Shown piece by piece: positions 39,948 through 49,267 of a stretch of 63,143 nt of DNA (the stretch's first letter is position 1; every line of letters starts with the position of its first letter). The stretch covers positions 1 through 63,143 of the forward strand of contig JAQUGH010000002.1 of the NCBI GenBank assembly GCA_028684195.1, given 5' to 3'. A model generated the notes under the pieces. That model ran no database searches, was not told the DNA's origin, and worked only from the letters and a program-made list of their open reading frames with translations. Position numbers and translations under genes: made by a program. Source of the stretch: Clostridia bacterium (GTDB lineage: Bacteria > Bacillota > Peptococcia > DRI-13 > DTU073).

Positions 39948-40353
39948 ATAAATTAGCTGAATTACAAATAAAATCATATGCTTCATCAGACAAATCAAAT
40001 TCATAAACATCAGTAACATCACTAGTAGCTGCTAATACTATATCTGTACCTGAAATCATATAACTATAACCAGCTACAGGAGATGAGGGCTTTTTTTTTA
40101 AATAACCATTAGTAACTAATGCCGCAATATCTGCTGGAGCAGATTCTTTCTCTATTTTATTTATAGAATATGCAGATTCTATAATTCTCAAATCAGCCTT
40201 TACCTTAGCAACCTTAGCTTTATCCTTCGATTCTCCACCATACGTCATTATAGCTATACCTGATAATACACCTAAAATAACTACAACAATCATCAATTCA
40301 ATAAAAGTAAATCCCTTACGATTCATTAATGTTTTCCTAAAATACTTCAGCAT
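39946..40353 (-). CDS. pilA: Major type IV pilin
   Basis: AGGAGG RBS, leader MLKYFRKTLMNRKG followed by FTFIELMIVVVILGVLSGIAI. Confidence 0.85.
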   Translation of the reverse strand: MLKYFRKTLMNRKGFTFIELMIVVVILGVLSGIAIMTYGGESKDKAKVAKVKADLRIIESAYSINKIEKESAPADIAALVTNGYLKKKPSSPVAGYSYMISGTDIVLAATSDVTDVYEFDLSDEAYDFICNSANL

Positions 40354-40387
40354 AACATTTCCTCCTTTAATTTTAGTAAGTTCTTGT

Positions 40388-41599
40388 TCATATATTGCTC
40401 ATTACACTAAATATTGGAACATAAATAGACAAAATAATAAATCCAACAATACCTCCAATCACTATTAGTAAAAAAGGCTCTAATATCTTAGCTAATCGCT
40501 CAGACATTTCATTAACCTCTCGTTCGTAATAAGAACTCACTTTAAGTAGCATTTTATCTATATTTCCCGTTTCTTCACCAATTTGCATCATTTGTACTAC
40601 CAATCTTGGAAATACAGATGACTTTTCAAATGTACTTGTAATAGTATCACCATTTTTTATTGATTGCTGTGATTGTAGGATTACGTCTTCAAAAACTACG
40701 TTATTAACTGCCTTAGCCACTATCTCCAATGCCAATGTAATAGGAACTCCTGTATTCATTAAAACACCCAAAATTCTTGTAAAACGACTCATGATAACTT
40801 TATGAATAAATTTTCCATAGCCTGGTATTTTAAGTATTAAGCTGTCTTTCATTCTCCTTCCCCACGTGGTTTCTATACAATTTTTAATTCCAAAAACTAA
40901 TAAACAAAAAATAAATACAATTACAGACCAATAATTATTTATGATAGCACTGATATGAATTAATATTTTCGTGAAAATGAAAAGTTTCACATCCATATCC
41001 TGTAATACGGTCACAAATTTAGGTATAATATAAACAAGAACAAAAACAGTAGCAGTAAGCGCTACAAATAAAATCATTAATGGATATAACATTGCAGTTT
41101 TGATGTTTTCTTTTATTTGTTGTTCCCTTTCATAATGTTCTGCCAGATTCACCAAAACACTATCTAATACTCCGCCCATTTCACCTGCTGTAACCATGTG
41201 AATAAAAATCTTTCCAAAAAGCTTTTCTTGTTTTGATGCAGCTTCTGATAATGTTTTACCTGCTAAAATATCATCAATTAGATTATTAAATGCGAAGCGA
41301 AGCGAAGAATTTGTTTCTTGTTCTATTATCTGTCGCAATCCTGTAATAATTGGGACACCGGTTTCAAGTATTACGGCTAGTTGTCGACAAAACATAGCCA
41401 TTTTATTATTGTCAATTTGCCTAGAAATAGTAAACTTCATAAATAAATTTTTTAATAAAGGTGCTTTTTCTTGGATCTCAACAATAAAATTTCCTTCTTC
41501 ACGAAGACTTACCGCAATTTGATTAATATTGATACCTATTTTGTTTCCTTCAATTTCCCTGCCTCTTTTATCACGAACTCTGTAATAGAATGTTTCCAT
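40388..41599 (-). CDS. pilC: Type IV pilus platform protein PilC (GspF family)
   Basis: 403 aa, duplicated T2SSF domains, three TM segments. Confidence 0.9.
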   Translation of the reverse strand: METFYYRVRDKRGREIEGNKIGININQIAVSLREEGNFIVEIQEKAPLLKNLFMKFTISRQIDNNKMAMFCRQLAVILETGVPIITGLRQIIEQETNSSLRFAFNNLIDDILAGKTLSEAASKQEKLFGKIFIHMVTAGEMGGVLDSVLVNLAEHYEREQQIKENIKTAMLYPLMILFVALTATVFVLVYIIPKFVTVLQDMDVKLFIFTKILIHISAIINNYWSVIVFIFCLLVFGIKNCIETTWGRRMKDSLILKIPGYGKFIHKVIMSRFTRILGVLMNTGVPITLALEIVAKAVNNVVFEDVILQSQQSIKNGDTITSTFEKSSVFPRLVVQMMQIGEETGNIDKMLLKVSSYYEREVNEMSERLAKILEPFLLIVIGGIVGFIILSIYVPIFSVMSNI

Positions 41600-41635
41600 A
41601 ACTAATCACCTAATTATTTTTCTCATTTTGACATT

Positions 41636-43333
41636 TTAATTCACTTCATATGTAACCCTTAATAATTCATCAACCGTAGTAAATCCCAGTTTTACTTTAT
41701 TTACACCATCCAAAAACATACTATTCATTCCGTTAGATACTGCCAAATCCAATATTTTCTTTGCAGAATATTCTTTTATAATTAGATCTTGGATTTCAGA
41801 ATTTATAATTAACAATTCATGTAAAGCTAATCTACCTTTATAACCTGTAAAACCACAATTTGCACATCCTTTCCCACGTTTTAATTTAAAAGGGATTTCC
41901 TCTGAAACCCCTAAAATCATACGTTCTTTATCCTTTAGTGCTATCTCATATTCCTCAATACAATATGGACATATACTTCTCACCAGTCGTTGGGCAACCA
42001 CTGCTATAACAGAAGATCCTACTAAAAAAGGCTCTACTCCCATATCAATTAAGCGTGTGATTGCACTAACCGCATTATTTGTATGCAAAGTACTAAATAC
42101 TAAATGCCCAGTATTTGCGGCTCTAACTGCAATTTTCGCAGTTTCATTATCTCTAATTTCTCCTATCATTATAACATCAGGATCTTGACGCAAAATAGAA
42201 CGAAGCCCTTTAGCAAAATCCATACCCGCTTTTATATTTGTTTTTATCTGCGTTACTCCAGGCAAAACATATTCAACAGGATCTTCAATTGTCACTATAT
42301 TTCTTGATGTATCATTAATTTCATTTAACGAAGCATAAAGAGTAGTTGTCTTACCACTTCCCGTAGGACCCGTTATCAAAATTACGCCATATGGCACTTT
42401 TAAAAGTTTTTTATATTTTTTTAATAGTTTAGGATGAAACCGTAATTGATCTATAGTTAAAAATGCATTCTCATTATCTAGTATACGAATAACAATCTTT
42501 TCACCAAATATAGATGGTATACTAGAAACACGTAAATCAATATTCTTTTCATTAAATTTTATTTGCATCCCACCATCTTGCGGTAATCTTTTTTCTGCAA
42601 TATCCATTTCAGCCATTATTTTAATACGAGTAACCAAAGCAGGATGTATTGTATTTGCCATAAATAATATTTCCCTCAAAATGCCATCTACTCTTAACCT
42701 AATTCGCAAATCTTTTTCTCTTGGTTCTATATGAATATCACTAGCACCTTCCTCAACTGCCTTTTGCAGAATTGTATTTACTGCTTTAATAACAGGAGCG
42801 TCATTGTCCCTACTAACAACATTATTTACATAAGTTAGTTTATCAGCATCGCCTTTTTTTATGTCAAATTCTGCTGTAAGGGCTTCCGATAAACCATAAT
42901 ATCTCTGAATAGCATTTGTTAGTTCATGTTGACTAGTTATTACAGGTTCGATATCTTTACCTAAAATAAATTCCAAATCTTGTATTGCAACTAAATTTAG
43001 AGGATCACTCATAGCAACAATAACTCTATTTCCACTAAATGCGACAGGAAATAGTTGATGTCTACGTATAAGTGTCTCCGGTACTTTATTGATAAGCTTC
43101 TCATCAGGGATTAACTGACTTAAGTTTACTCGTTTTATACCAAGCTGATATTCTAATGTATTAATAATATCCTCTTCATTAACAAAATTATTATCTACTA
43201 ATATTTGTCCTAATTTATAGCCTGTTTTTTTTTGTATCTTTAGAGCATCCGTAAGTTGTTGCTCCGTAAGTATCTTTGCATCAACCAACAAATTCCCCAT
43301 ACGTTTTCGTTCATTTATAATCATAGTCACCAC
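41636..43333 (-). CDS. pilB: Type IV pilus assembly ATPase PilB (GspE family) with N-terminal MshEN-like domain
   Basis: 565 aa, GPTGSGKTTT, tetracysteine CPYC...CANC, N-terminal RMGNLLVDAKIL... repeats. Confidence 0.9.
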   Translation of the reverse strand: MVTMIINERKRMGNLLVDAKILTEQQLTDALKIQKKTGYKLGQILVDNNFVNEEDIINTLEYQLGIKRVNLSQLIPDEKLINKVPETLIRRHQLFPVAFSGNRVIVAMSDPLNLVAIQDLEFILGKDIEPVITSQHELTNAIQRYYGLSEALTAEFDIKKGDADKLTYVNNVVSRDNDAPVIKAVNTILQKAVEEGASDIHIEPREKDLRIRLRVDGILREILFMANTIHPALVTRIKIMAEMDIAEKRLPQDGGMQIKFNEKNIDLRVSSIPSIFGEKIVIRILDNENAFLTIDQLRFHPKLLKKYKKLLKVPYGVILITGPTGSGKTTTLYASLNEINDTSRNIVTIEDPVEYVLPGVTQIKTNIKAGMDFAKGLRSILRQDPDVIMIGEIRDNETAKIAVRAANTGHLVFSTLHTNNAVSAITRLIDMGVEPFLVGSSVIAVVAQRLVRSICPYCIEEYEIALKDKERMILGVSEEIPFKLKRGKGCANCGFTGYKGRLALHELLIINSEIQDLIIKEYSAKKILDLAVSNGMNSMFLDGVNKVKLGFTTVDELLRVTYEVN

Positions 43334-43391
43334 GCCTTTATTATATTTTTATTTATTCTACACTTTACTTGAATATCCTTTTTTTTTGAAT

Positions 43392-43418
43392 AAAAAAAAA
43401 GCTAAAAATAGCTTTTTT
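43392..43418 (-). terminator. Terminator after aroK
   Basis: AAAAGCTA/TAGCTTTT hairpin with an A9 run and a T run. Confidence 0.6.
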
Positions 43419-43462
43419 AACAATTAGTTATTGTTATGACATTTTATATCTTATATTATGAT

Positions 43463-44017
43463 TTATATCTCTTTACTTAAGGGAATATCTTCATTTGTAT
43501 TTTTATGATCTTGTAAGATGGAAATGATTTTATCAATTATTTCTTGAAAATCCATGTCCGAAGTATCAATACAATAATCAGCATAGTTGTATAATTCTTC
43601 TCTTTCCTCCATTAAATCAAGTATAGTTTGATATAGATTCCCCTTGCTCAATAAAGGTCTATTATTTCTTCTTTTCACTCTTTCAAAAATAACATCTGGT
43701 CTTGCAGATAAACAAATTACGATCCCTTTTTCTGCAAGTAATTTAATGGTTTTTTTATCCAAGATAAATCCCCCACCTGTTGCAAGAATACAATTTTCTT
43801 TTTTTACTAAACGTTTAATAGCAAGATTTTCTTCTGAGCGGAATCTCACCTCTCCATATTTGTTAAAAAGCTTAGAGATTGTCATACTTGTAACAGCTTC
43901 TACCTCTTGATCACTATCATAAAAGTCTTTATTTAATAATGTGGCTAATCTTTTCCCTACTGCAGTTTTCCCAGTACCCATAAAACCTATAAGAATAATA
44001 TTAAAATCAACTTTCAT
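43463..44017 (-). CDS. aroK: Shikimate kinase
   Basis: GFMGTGKTAVG Walker A; 184 aa. Confidence 0.85.
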   Translation of the reverse strand: MKVDFNIILIGFMGTGKTAVGKRLATLLNKDFYDSDQEVEAVTSMTISKLFNKYGEVRFRSEENLAIKRLVKKENCILATGGGFILDKKTIKLLAEKGIVICLSARPDVIFERVKRRNNRPLLSKGNLYQTILDLMEEREELYNYADYCIDTSDMDFQEIIDKIISILQDHKNTNEDIPLSKEI

Positions 44018-44046
44018 ACTATTTACCCCCTAATCATAATATATAT

Positions 44047-44072
44047 TCATCTAAATAGCTTACCGTCGCTAA
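44047..44072 (-). repeat. 26-nt intergenic motif, copy 3
   Basis: Plus strand TCATCTAAATAGCTTACCGTCGCTAA; gene strand TTAGCGACGGTAAGCTATTTAGATGA. Lies about 30 nt upstream of the aroK start. Confidence 0.8.
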
Positions 44073-44182
44073 GCTCAGTGTTACATTCAGTAGAGACTAA
44101 CGAACAATTTTGTGAGCATTACTATTGTATCAATGAACCAATTAAACTTAAGTAGGCGATAAAAGATCTCCACTGAAATAAG

Positions 44183-44677
44183 TTACACTTTATTTACAGT
44201 ATTATTATTAATAATTTTTTCAAATAAACGCAAGATCTTAGTACCTATAAATTCCCTTTTTGAAATAGCAGGTACCAAAATTGTGTAACATCCTGCAATA
44301 TTCCCTCCTAATATGTCCGTAAAAATTTGATCACCAATTACAATTACTTGATGGGGCTTTAATTCCATCAAATCTAGTGCTTTAAGATATACACTTTTCC
44401 TTGGTTTAATAGCATGTGCAATATAAGGAATTCCATATTGATTAGCTATATCTTGAGTCCTTATTTCCCCTGCATTTGTTAAAATAAATATTTTGTAATG
44501 ACAAGTAAGTGCCTTAATTAGTAAATTATGCGCATCTTCATTAACTATACTATTATCCCATGGAATAATAGTATTATCCAAATCAATAATAATTCCTCTT
44601 TTCCCTGTTAACCAATAACTATCAAGATCTATATTACTGATTGAAGTAACTACCTTTTTAGGTTTTAAAATATCCAT
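44183..44677 (-). CDS. YqeG-family HAD-IIIA phosphatase
   Basis: IIDLDNTIIPWD and VIGDQIFTDILGGN motifs; 164 aa. Confidence 0.8.
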   Translation of the reverse strand: MDILKPKKVVTSISNIDLDSYWLTGKRGIIIDLDNTIIPWDNSIVNEDAHNLLIKALTCHYKIFILTNAGEIRTQDIANQYGIPYIAHAIKPRKSVYLKALDLMELKPHQVIVIGDQIFTDILGGNIAGCYTILVPAISKREFIGTKILRLFEKIINNNTVNKV

Positions 44678-44879
44678 AATTATCCTTTGCTTTACTTTAT
44701 TATATTATGCTTAAATAATAATTAAACTTGCTACATATTAAAATGTCTATGTAATATATTACCATAATAATAAAATAACACAAGACTAAGAATGTAAATA
44801 AAAAATATTTTATTTCTGTAACGGTAAATTATTTTTATTTGCTTGTTTACTTAACAGCATTACTAATATATAATTAATA

Positions 44880-44935
44880 TTGAACTTATATCTTTCCTTC
44901 TTATATATTTATTTTCTTTGACTCCGTGAGGAGTC
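44880..44935 (+). promoter_or_regulatory. Candidate sigma-A-type promoter followed by a 5' stem-loop, upstream of the coiled-coil gene
   Basis: TTGAAC(44880-44885), a 16-18 nt spacer, then TATATAT. GACTCC(44920-44925)/GGAGTC(44930-44935) hairpin. Confidence 0.3.
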
Positions 44936-45041
44936 ATCTTTTTATATATTTTTGCTTTATTAATTGTTTATTGTGGCTTATACTTAAGAAGTGATTCCAA
45001 AGATTAGAAAAGAAAAGTTCAACGATAAGGATGGTGAGTAA

Positions 45042-45347
45042 ATGGAAAATGAAGTTTTCCAAAGTAAAGTTCTTGATTATCTAGCTAATCAGACGCAAGA
45101 AATAACCGAAATGAATAGTAAATTTACACAAGAAATGACCGAAATGAATAGTAAATTTACACAAGAAATGACCGAAATAAAAGATAAACTTAGCTCAGTT
45201 GAAAAAATTGTTATAAACATTGAGCAAAACCATAGTAACAAACTTGGTATTCTCTTTGATGCAATTGAGCAACATTCTGAACAACTTGACAGAATCGAAA
45301 AAAACGTCAGTTTGCATGAAGAATACATTATGAAACGTATTAAATAG
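45042..45347 (+). CDS. Small coiled-coil protein with an in-frame 33-bp tandem repeat
   Basis: 101 aa, GGATGGTGAG RBS region, heptad-like sequence. No family recognised. Confidence 0.6.
   Translation: MENEVFQSKVLDYLANQTQEITEMNSKFTQEMTEMNSKFTQEMTEIKDKLSSVEKIVINIEQNHSNKLGILFDAIEQHSEQLDRIEKNVSLHEEYIMKRIK
45096..45178 (+). repeat. 33-bp tandem repeat, about 2.5 copies, in frame
   Basis: CAAGAAAT(A/G)ACCGAAATGAATAGTAAATTTACA at 45096-45128 and 45129-45161, plus a partial copy. Encodes the QE(I/M)TEMNSKFT repeats. Confidence 0.9.
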
Positions 45348-45391
45348 AAAATGCCGAACCAAGCCCGAATACTGGGAAGGATAGTGAGCAA

Positions 45392-45613
45392 ATGGATAAT
45401 GAAGCATTTTAAGGTAAAGTTCAAGATTATTTAGCAAATATGTCTCAAGAACTGACAAATGTTAAATCAGAACTAACTGATGTTAAATTAGATCTTACTG
45501 ATGTTAAATCTAAAGTAACAAATATTGAAAAATTAACTACCACTATGGAACGTGTCGAGGCAAAAGTTGATGTACTTCAATTAGAAACATCTCATATACG
45601 AAGGATTAAATAA
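45392..45613 (+). pseudogene. Tandem paralog of the coiled-coil gene with TAA at codon 7 (or a shorter 57-aa product from the ATG at 45440)
   Basis: The upstream region and first codons parallel the 45042 gene: AAGGATAGTGAGCAAATGGATAATGAAG versus AAGGATGGTGAGTAAATGGAAAATGAAG. CAA in the first gene corresponds to TAA at 45410-45412. The frame stays open to 45613. Confidence 0.55.
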
Positions 45614-45632
45614 CATTTCTTGCATAATACAA

Positions 45633-45670
45633 AAGACTACTAACCACAAAGGATAGTAGTCTTTTTTTTA
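45633..45670. terminator. Bidirectional terminator between the coiled-coil genes and sigK
   Basis: AGACTACTA(45633-45641)/TAGTAGTCT(45654-45662), followed by T8. Confidence 0.8.
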
Positions 45671-45684
45671 TATATGAAAAATAT

Positions 45685-46383
45685 TTAACTTAAATTTTTT
45701 ATTAGTTTCTCAAGTGCCTTTTTTTCTATTCTAGAAACATATGAACGAGAAATACCTAATATTTTTGCAATTTCCCTTTGCGTTTTTCTTAAACCGTTAA
45801 AAATTCCAAAACGCATTTCTAGTACCTTTCGTTCTCTAATATTTAAATATTTTATTTTTGAAAGCATTTCCTGATATTCCACATTAGTTTGCACGATATC
45901 AGGAACTATATCTGGATGAGTACCTAATATATCTATAAGTGTTATCTCATTTCCTTCTTTATCTATACCTATAGGATCATACAAAAACACTTCTCCTTTA
46001 CTCTTTTTAGTAGATCTCAAGTGCATAAGAATTTCATTTTCAATACAACGTGCCGCATAAGTAGCAAGTTTTGTACCTTTTCCCGCATTATATGTATTTA
46101 TTGCTTTAATCAGCCCTATTGTGCCAATTGAAATTATATCCTCCTTATCATCACCAGCACTCTCAAACTTCTTCCCTATATGAGCAACCAATCTTAAATT
46201 ATGTTCAATTAGAATATTTCTAGCATCACTATCACCTTTAGAAGCCTTGTTTAAGTACAATTTTTCTTCCTTCTCTGAGAGTGGATGTGGAAAAGCATTG
46301 TTATTAAGATAATATGCAAAAAATATTAGACTATTAATAAGTGTTACAGCAGTTATAATTAATGTACCCAATCCCATTATCAT
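45685..46383 (-). CDS. sigK: Sporulation sigma factor SigK (pro-sigma-K), uninterrupted
   Basis: [13 protein letters not shown] pro-sequence junction, [45 protein letters not shown]. Confidence 0.85.
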   Translation of the reverse strand: MIMGLGTLIITAVTLINSLIFFAYYLNNNAFPHPLSEKEEKLYLNKASKGDSDARNILIEHNLRLVAHIGKKFESAGDDKEDIISIGTIGLIKAINTYNAGKGTKLATYAARCIENEILMHLRSTKKSKGEVFLYDPIGIDKEGNEITLIDILGTHPDIVPDIVQTNVEYQEMLSKIKYLNIRERKVLEMRFGIFNGLRKTQREIAKILGISRSYVSRIEKKALEKLIKNLS

Positions 46384-46566
46384 TCACCTCCATTTTTTTA
46401 TGTAATCATTCTAAATTGTATTTAACTAGCACACAAAATGTGCATGGATACATAAAATAAATATTATTAATTAACATAAATGTAAAAATCTTTATTGAAT
46501 ATCTTTGCCTTAATTACAGAAAATAGAGATGTTACAAAAATAATTACAAAACAAGGAGGAATTAAA

Positions 46567-46776
46567 ATGTCTCGTAATACTAATAAAACTGCTGTTCAAG
46601 GTGCAGCTAATTATCTTGATAATATGAAATATGAAATGGCTGGAGAGTTAGGATTAAATAATTATGCCAATATTGATAAAGGAGATTTAACTGCACGTCA
46701 AAATGGATATGTAGGCGGTTCGATGACAAGAAAGCTTGTACAATACGCTGAGGAACATATGAAAAATCAGCAGTAG
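46567..46776 (+). CDS. Alpha/beta-type small acid-soluble spore protein
   Basis: AAGGAGG RBS. KYEMAGELGL and GGSMTRKLV signature motifs. The true start is the internal ATG at 46567 of ORF 46495-46776. Confidence 0.9.
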   Translation: MSRNTNKTAVQGAANYLDNMKYEMAGELGLNNYANIDKGDLTARQNGYVGGSMTRKLVQYAEEHMKNQQ

Positions 46777-46802
46777 ATATTAAGACTGTAATATGTTGTA
46801 AA

Positions 46803-46846
46803 GCAATAAAAACCGTGTAGTTTTAAAACTACACGGTTTTTATTGC
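46803..46846. terminator. Bidirectional terminator
   Basis: Long inverted repeat GCAATAAAAACCGTGTAGTTTTAAAACTACACGGTTTTTATTGC. Confidence 0.85.
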
Positions 46847-46859
46847 TTTGTTAAAATTA

Positions 46860-47189
46860 TTAAGCATTTTTAGTGTCTGATATACTTTTAATACTTGATG
46901 TACCTTTAGTATTTTCTGTACACTTGTTATCCGATGTCGTTTTAGTATCCGTTTTTTCAGTAGTAGCAGTTTTACTATCACTTTTATTATTTACATCTAG
47001 GTTGCCTGAATTAGAATGGGTATCCTTACAATAAAATCCAGAACATTTATATATAACATTAACATTCTTACTAATTATACGTTTTACAGAAGAACCACAA
47101 GTTGGACACTCTACCAGAGCCTTCTCTATAATTCTTTGATTTATTGTAAATACACCACATTTAGGACAACGATAGTCATATGCTGGCAT
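46860..47189 (-). CDS. FmdB-family zinc-ribbon protein with Ser/Thr-rich tail
   Basis: MPAYDYRCPKCG...CPTCG motif. Confidence 0.8.
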   Translation of the reverse strand: MPAYDYRCPKCGVFTINQRIIEKALVECPTCGSSVKRIISKNVNVIYKCSGFYCKDTHSNSGNLDVNNKSDSKTATTEKTDTKTTSDNKCTENTKGTSSIKSISDTKNA

Positions 47190-47327
47190 CTATTCCACCT
47201 CCTCAACAAGAAGCCCTATTAAATATAATTTTAAAAATAATCTACTCTAAAATGCTACGTTATTAATTGTAGTTCCATAATATAATGCTGTCAAGACATC
47301 TTCTGAAAAACATGACATAGTCATTTT

Positions 47328-47831
47328 TTACTTCGTATTTTTAAGATAAGAAAGAAGATATTTTGCTATATAACCTGTTATTAAGCCTGTAGGTAATCCT
47401 GTTATAAGTAGAATTGGCAAATAAAAAATGACATATTTTGTTTTAATTAATAAAATAACCATTAGAACTTGTCCTATATTATGAGCTAATGCTCCAGCTA
47501 TACTAATCCCAATAATACTAAAAACTACTACATATCTTTTCAAGAAAGACATAATCAATGTACTTAGGATAGCTCCTGAAAGACTAAGAAAGAAGCTCAC
47601 AGAAAGAAAAGTTCCAGCTAAAAAGGATACAAAAAACACTCGTAATAATGATACAGTGATCCCCTCTTTTAAACCATATAAATAGATTACAAGAAGAGTT
47701 ACGATGTTTGCAAGTCCTAACTTAATTCCAGGTATTGGCATGGGATATGGCATCATCATTTCTATAAATCCTAGAGCCGTAGCAACCGTAACCAAGAGAG
47801 ATAGGTAGACTAATTTTTGTGTTTTAACCAT
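47328..47831 (-). CDS. Gx transporter family membrane protein
   Basis: 167 aa, polytopic, position after a NusG-domain-II gene. Confidence 0.6.
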   Translation of the reverse strand: MVKTQKLVYLSLLVTVATALGFIEMMMPYPMPIPGIKLGLANIVTLLVIYLYGLKEGITVSLLRVFFVSFLAGTFLSVSFFLSLSGAILSTLIMSFLKRYVVVFSIIGISIAGALAHNIGQVLMVILLIKTKYVIFYLPILLITGLPTGLITGYIAKYLLSYLKNTK

Positions 47832-47848
47832 AATTAATTCTCCCTTTT

Positions 47849-48223
47849 TTAGCGAGTTATCGCATCAGGCAATTCTTCATTATCAATATAAACCACTACT
47901 TCATTTGGAACACATACTATAGACTGTCCAGGGTTTTTAATCCAACCTTGTTTAATACATATTTTTTCCGGACAAGTAGATTCGACCATTCGCACCATAC
48001 CATCTTTTATTTCAATTATCGACAAACCAACTTTGCCTTCAATTTCGAGACGCTGAACATTTTCGTCATTTTGCAGATGTATATATTTTACAATTTCACC
48101 TTTCGACTTAACTATAACTTGTCCTTTAGATGGAGCATGATTAAAATACAATTGAATTAAGGCATACGTAAATAAACTCACTATAAAGATGATTATCAAT
48201 AATCGTTTATCTGCTTTTGTCAT
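47849..48223 (-). CDS. NusG domain II-containing (DUF1312) protein
   Basis: 124 aa, N-terminal TM, CPEKICIKQGWI motif. Confidence 0.65.
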   Translation of the reverse strand: MTKADKRLLIIIFIVSLFTYALIQLYFNHAPSKGQVIVKSKGEIVKYIHLQNDENVQRLEIEGKVGLSIIEIKDGMVRMVESTCPEKICIKQGWIKNPGQSIVCVPNEVVVYIDNEELPDAITR

Positions 48224-48228
48224 AATAA

Positions 48229-49266
48229 TTATTTAATCACTACCTTTTCAATAAGACCAGAAGTCATAAGTATTTCTTGATCCGCATTAACAAGGACAGC
48301 TTCTATCCCTTCTAACTCTTCAGCTAGAGCCAAAGCCTGTTGAGATTTCATAAGAAATAATGCTGTGGAAAGAACATCTGCTGTAAAAGCATCTTTAGTA
48401 ATAACGGTCACACTCATATTATCACCAACTGGAAATCCTGTTTTGGGAGAAATTATATGGTTATATGTTCTACCATTAATTTCAATACTACGATAATAAT
48501 CACCCGATGTTACTGCAGATTCATCCACCAAAGAAAGTATACCTACTAAAGAAGAAGTATCTCGGGGATCTTGTATTCCCACTTTCCATGGTTTCTCGTT
48601 ATCCTTTTTCCCTAGAACTCTAATATTTCCGCCTGCATCGATTAATGCACTTTTTATACCCTGATTTTCTAATATATTAACAGCTTTTTCTACAGCATAA
48701 CCCTTAGCAACAGCCCCTAGATCAAGAGACATACTTTTTTGGGACAAATAAGCAGTACATAAATCTTCATTTAAGATAATTTTTTTACTATCAACAAGCT
48801 CAAGCACTTTTTGGATTTCTAATGAATTAGGCACTTTTTGTTTTTCTTGACCAAAACCCCATAGATCCATTACTGGCCCAATTGTAATATCAAAAGCTCC
48901 ATTTGTTAGTTCAGTATATTCTTTTGCCAATTTCAATATATTAACTACATCTTTATCAACAGTAACTGGTTCTATCCCTGCCATTTTATTAATTCTACTA
49001 ACATCACTTGCATTACATGCTAATGAATCGCCTTCCGAAAAACGATCAGTTAAATCAGCAATACGGCGCATTTCCACAAAGGCTTCTTCTGTAGCTAGTT
49101 TTAAAAGGTCAGTATCAGTACCATATGTACTGATACTGACCAAAGTATCCATAAGAAATTCTTCGCTTTGATACTCACAAACTTGCTGACTTCTCATAAT
49201 ACGACTACCAATAAACATGACTAAAAAAAATAATACAATTGCTATAACAAAACAATTCTTTTTCAT
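48229..49266 (-). CDS. apbE: FAD:protein FMN transferase ApbE
   Basis: 345 aa, lipoprotein-like N-terminus, DLGAVAKGYA motif, follows the rnf genes. Confidence 0.85.
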   Translation of the reverse strand: MKKNCFVIAIVLFFLVMFIGSRIMRSQQVCEYQSEEFLMDTLVSISTYGTDTDLLKLATEEAFVEMRRIADLTDRFSEGDSLACNASDVSRINKMAGIEPVTVDKDVVNILKLAKEYTELTNGAFDITIGPVMDLWGFGQEKQKVPNSLEIQKVLELVDSKKIILNEDLCTAYLSQKSMSLDLGAVAKGYAVEKAVNILENQGIKSALIDAGGNIRVLGKKDNEKPWKVGIQDPRDTSSLVGILSLVDESAVTSGDYYRSIEINGRTYNHIISPKTGFPVGDNMSVTVITKDAFTADVLSTALFLMKSQQALALAEELEGIEAVLVNADQEILMTSGLIEKVVIK

Positions 49267-49267
49267 A

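Noticed and set aside
39840-40022. 60-aa ORF spanning the pilA 3' end and its terminator.
   Set aside because: It overlaps the pilA coding sequence and the terminator hairpin and has no RBS.
45089-45458. Two minus-strand ORFs (111 and 87 aa) antisense to the coiled-coil genes.
   Set aside because: The plus-strand genes have RBSs, paralog conservation and heptad-like sequence. The antisense translations merely mirror the 33-bp repeat.
45685-46383. Checked sigK for a skin-like intervening element.
   Set aside because: The ORF is continuous from the pro-sequence through region 4.2 (232 aa), so there is no interruption.
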